A stretch of 64,000 nucleotides of DNA, from NCBI GenBank assembly GCA_951406725.2, contig OX597835.1, positions 22,754,001-22,818,000 of the forward strand. The letters run 5' to 3'. A program made the translations under genes and the position numbers. Positions 63,501 through 64,000 of the stretch are shown here, in pieces; the first letter of the stretch is position 1, and every line of letters starts with the position of its first letter. The notes beneath the pieces are model-generated. The model saw nothing but the letters and a program-made list of their open reading frames with translations, did no database searches and had not been told where the DNA came from. Source of the stretch: Octopus vulgaris. Taxonomy: Eukaryota.

Positions 63501-63934
63501 ATGCACACAGCCACTCCTAGGCAAATAATATTTACTCAAGAGTACTGTTGCTGAATGCCTCTCGGTGAGAGACTCAGAAATAATAATTTATCTAAATAAC
63601 GTTTTTTTTTTCCTTAATACTTTTTATGCAGTGGTTGAAGGAAGCTCTAGCTTTCATTCGGAGTAGTCTATATAACCATTCATAATATACAGGTTGGGAG
63701 CCTATTTCAGTTTGGGAGGGAATCGTCATCAGATGTCACTTAATCGCAAACACATGTCATGTAGTTGCAATAGAATGCCGTATCACCAATAATAATGTGA
63801 TTTCTCTAAGACATCACCCAGTAATCTATGAAGTCCATTTACACATTTCTCAATACATACTACTGTTATGACTTCTCTCCCTCCCACATTTTATGCCTCT
63901 GTTGTAGATGAGTAGATTTGCTAATATATATCAG

Positions 63935-64000
63935 CATCATCGTTTAACGTCTGCTTTCCATGCTAGCATGGGTTGGACGATTTGACTGAGGACTGGTGAA
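63935..64000 (-). mobile_element. RTE 3' tip (family B), runs off the window
   Basis: Matches 3105-3170. Confidence 0.8.

Overview
AT-rich, microsatellite-saturated eukaryotic DNA with no recognisable host gene exon. Nearly all ORFs in the track are translations of (TA)n/(TG)n/(ATGT)n/(GATA)n repeats or of SINEs. The tRNA-derived SINE families and the RTE with a (GAT)n tail suggest an octopus genome (inference from repeat content only). The window holds at least three tRNA-derived SINE families, a 5'-truncated RTE LINE (YADD motif plus a PHD-like finger) with many 3'-UTR copies, 3' fragments of three other RTE families, two decayed R4/Dong-like fragments, Helitrons (including a helicase C-terminal fragment), and Tc1/mariner-, hAT-, piggyBac- and Merlin-like MITEs. 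The most interesting signal is a set of short islands in or beside microsatellites, mostly built as a tail plus inverted repeat. They carry hammerhead-ribozyme-like motifs from several apparently unrelated families, resembling Penelope-like element termini. One family (three copies) has a long stem II with a compensatory change, and all three of C3-G8, U3-A8 and G3-C8 versions of the core 3-8 pair occur. All structures were folded by eye and nothing was searched or computed.
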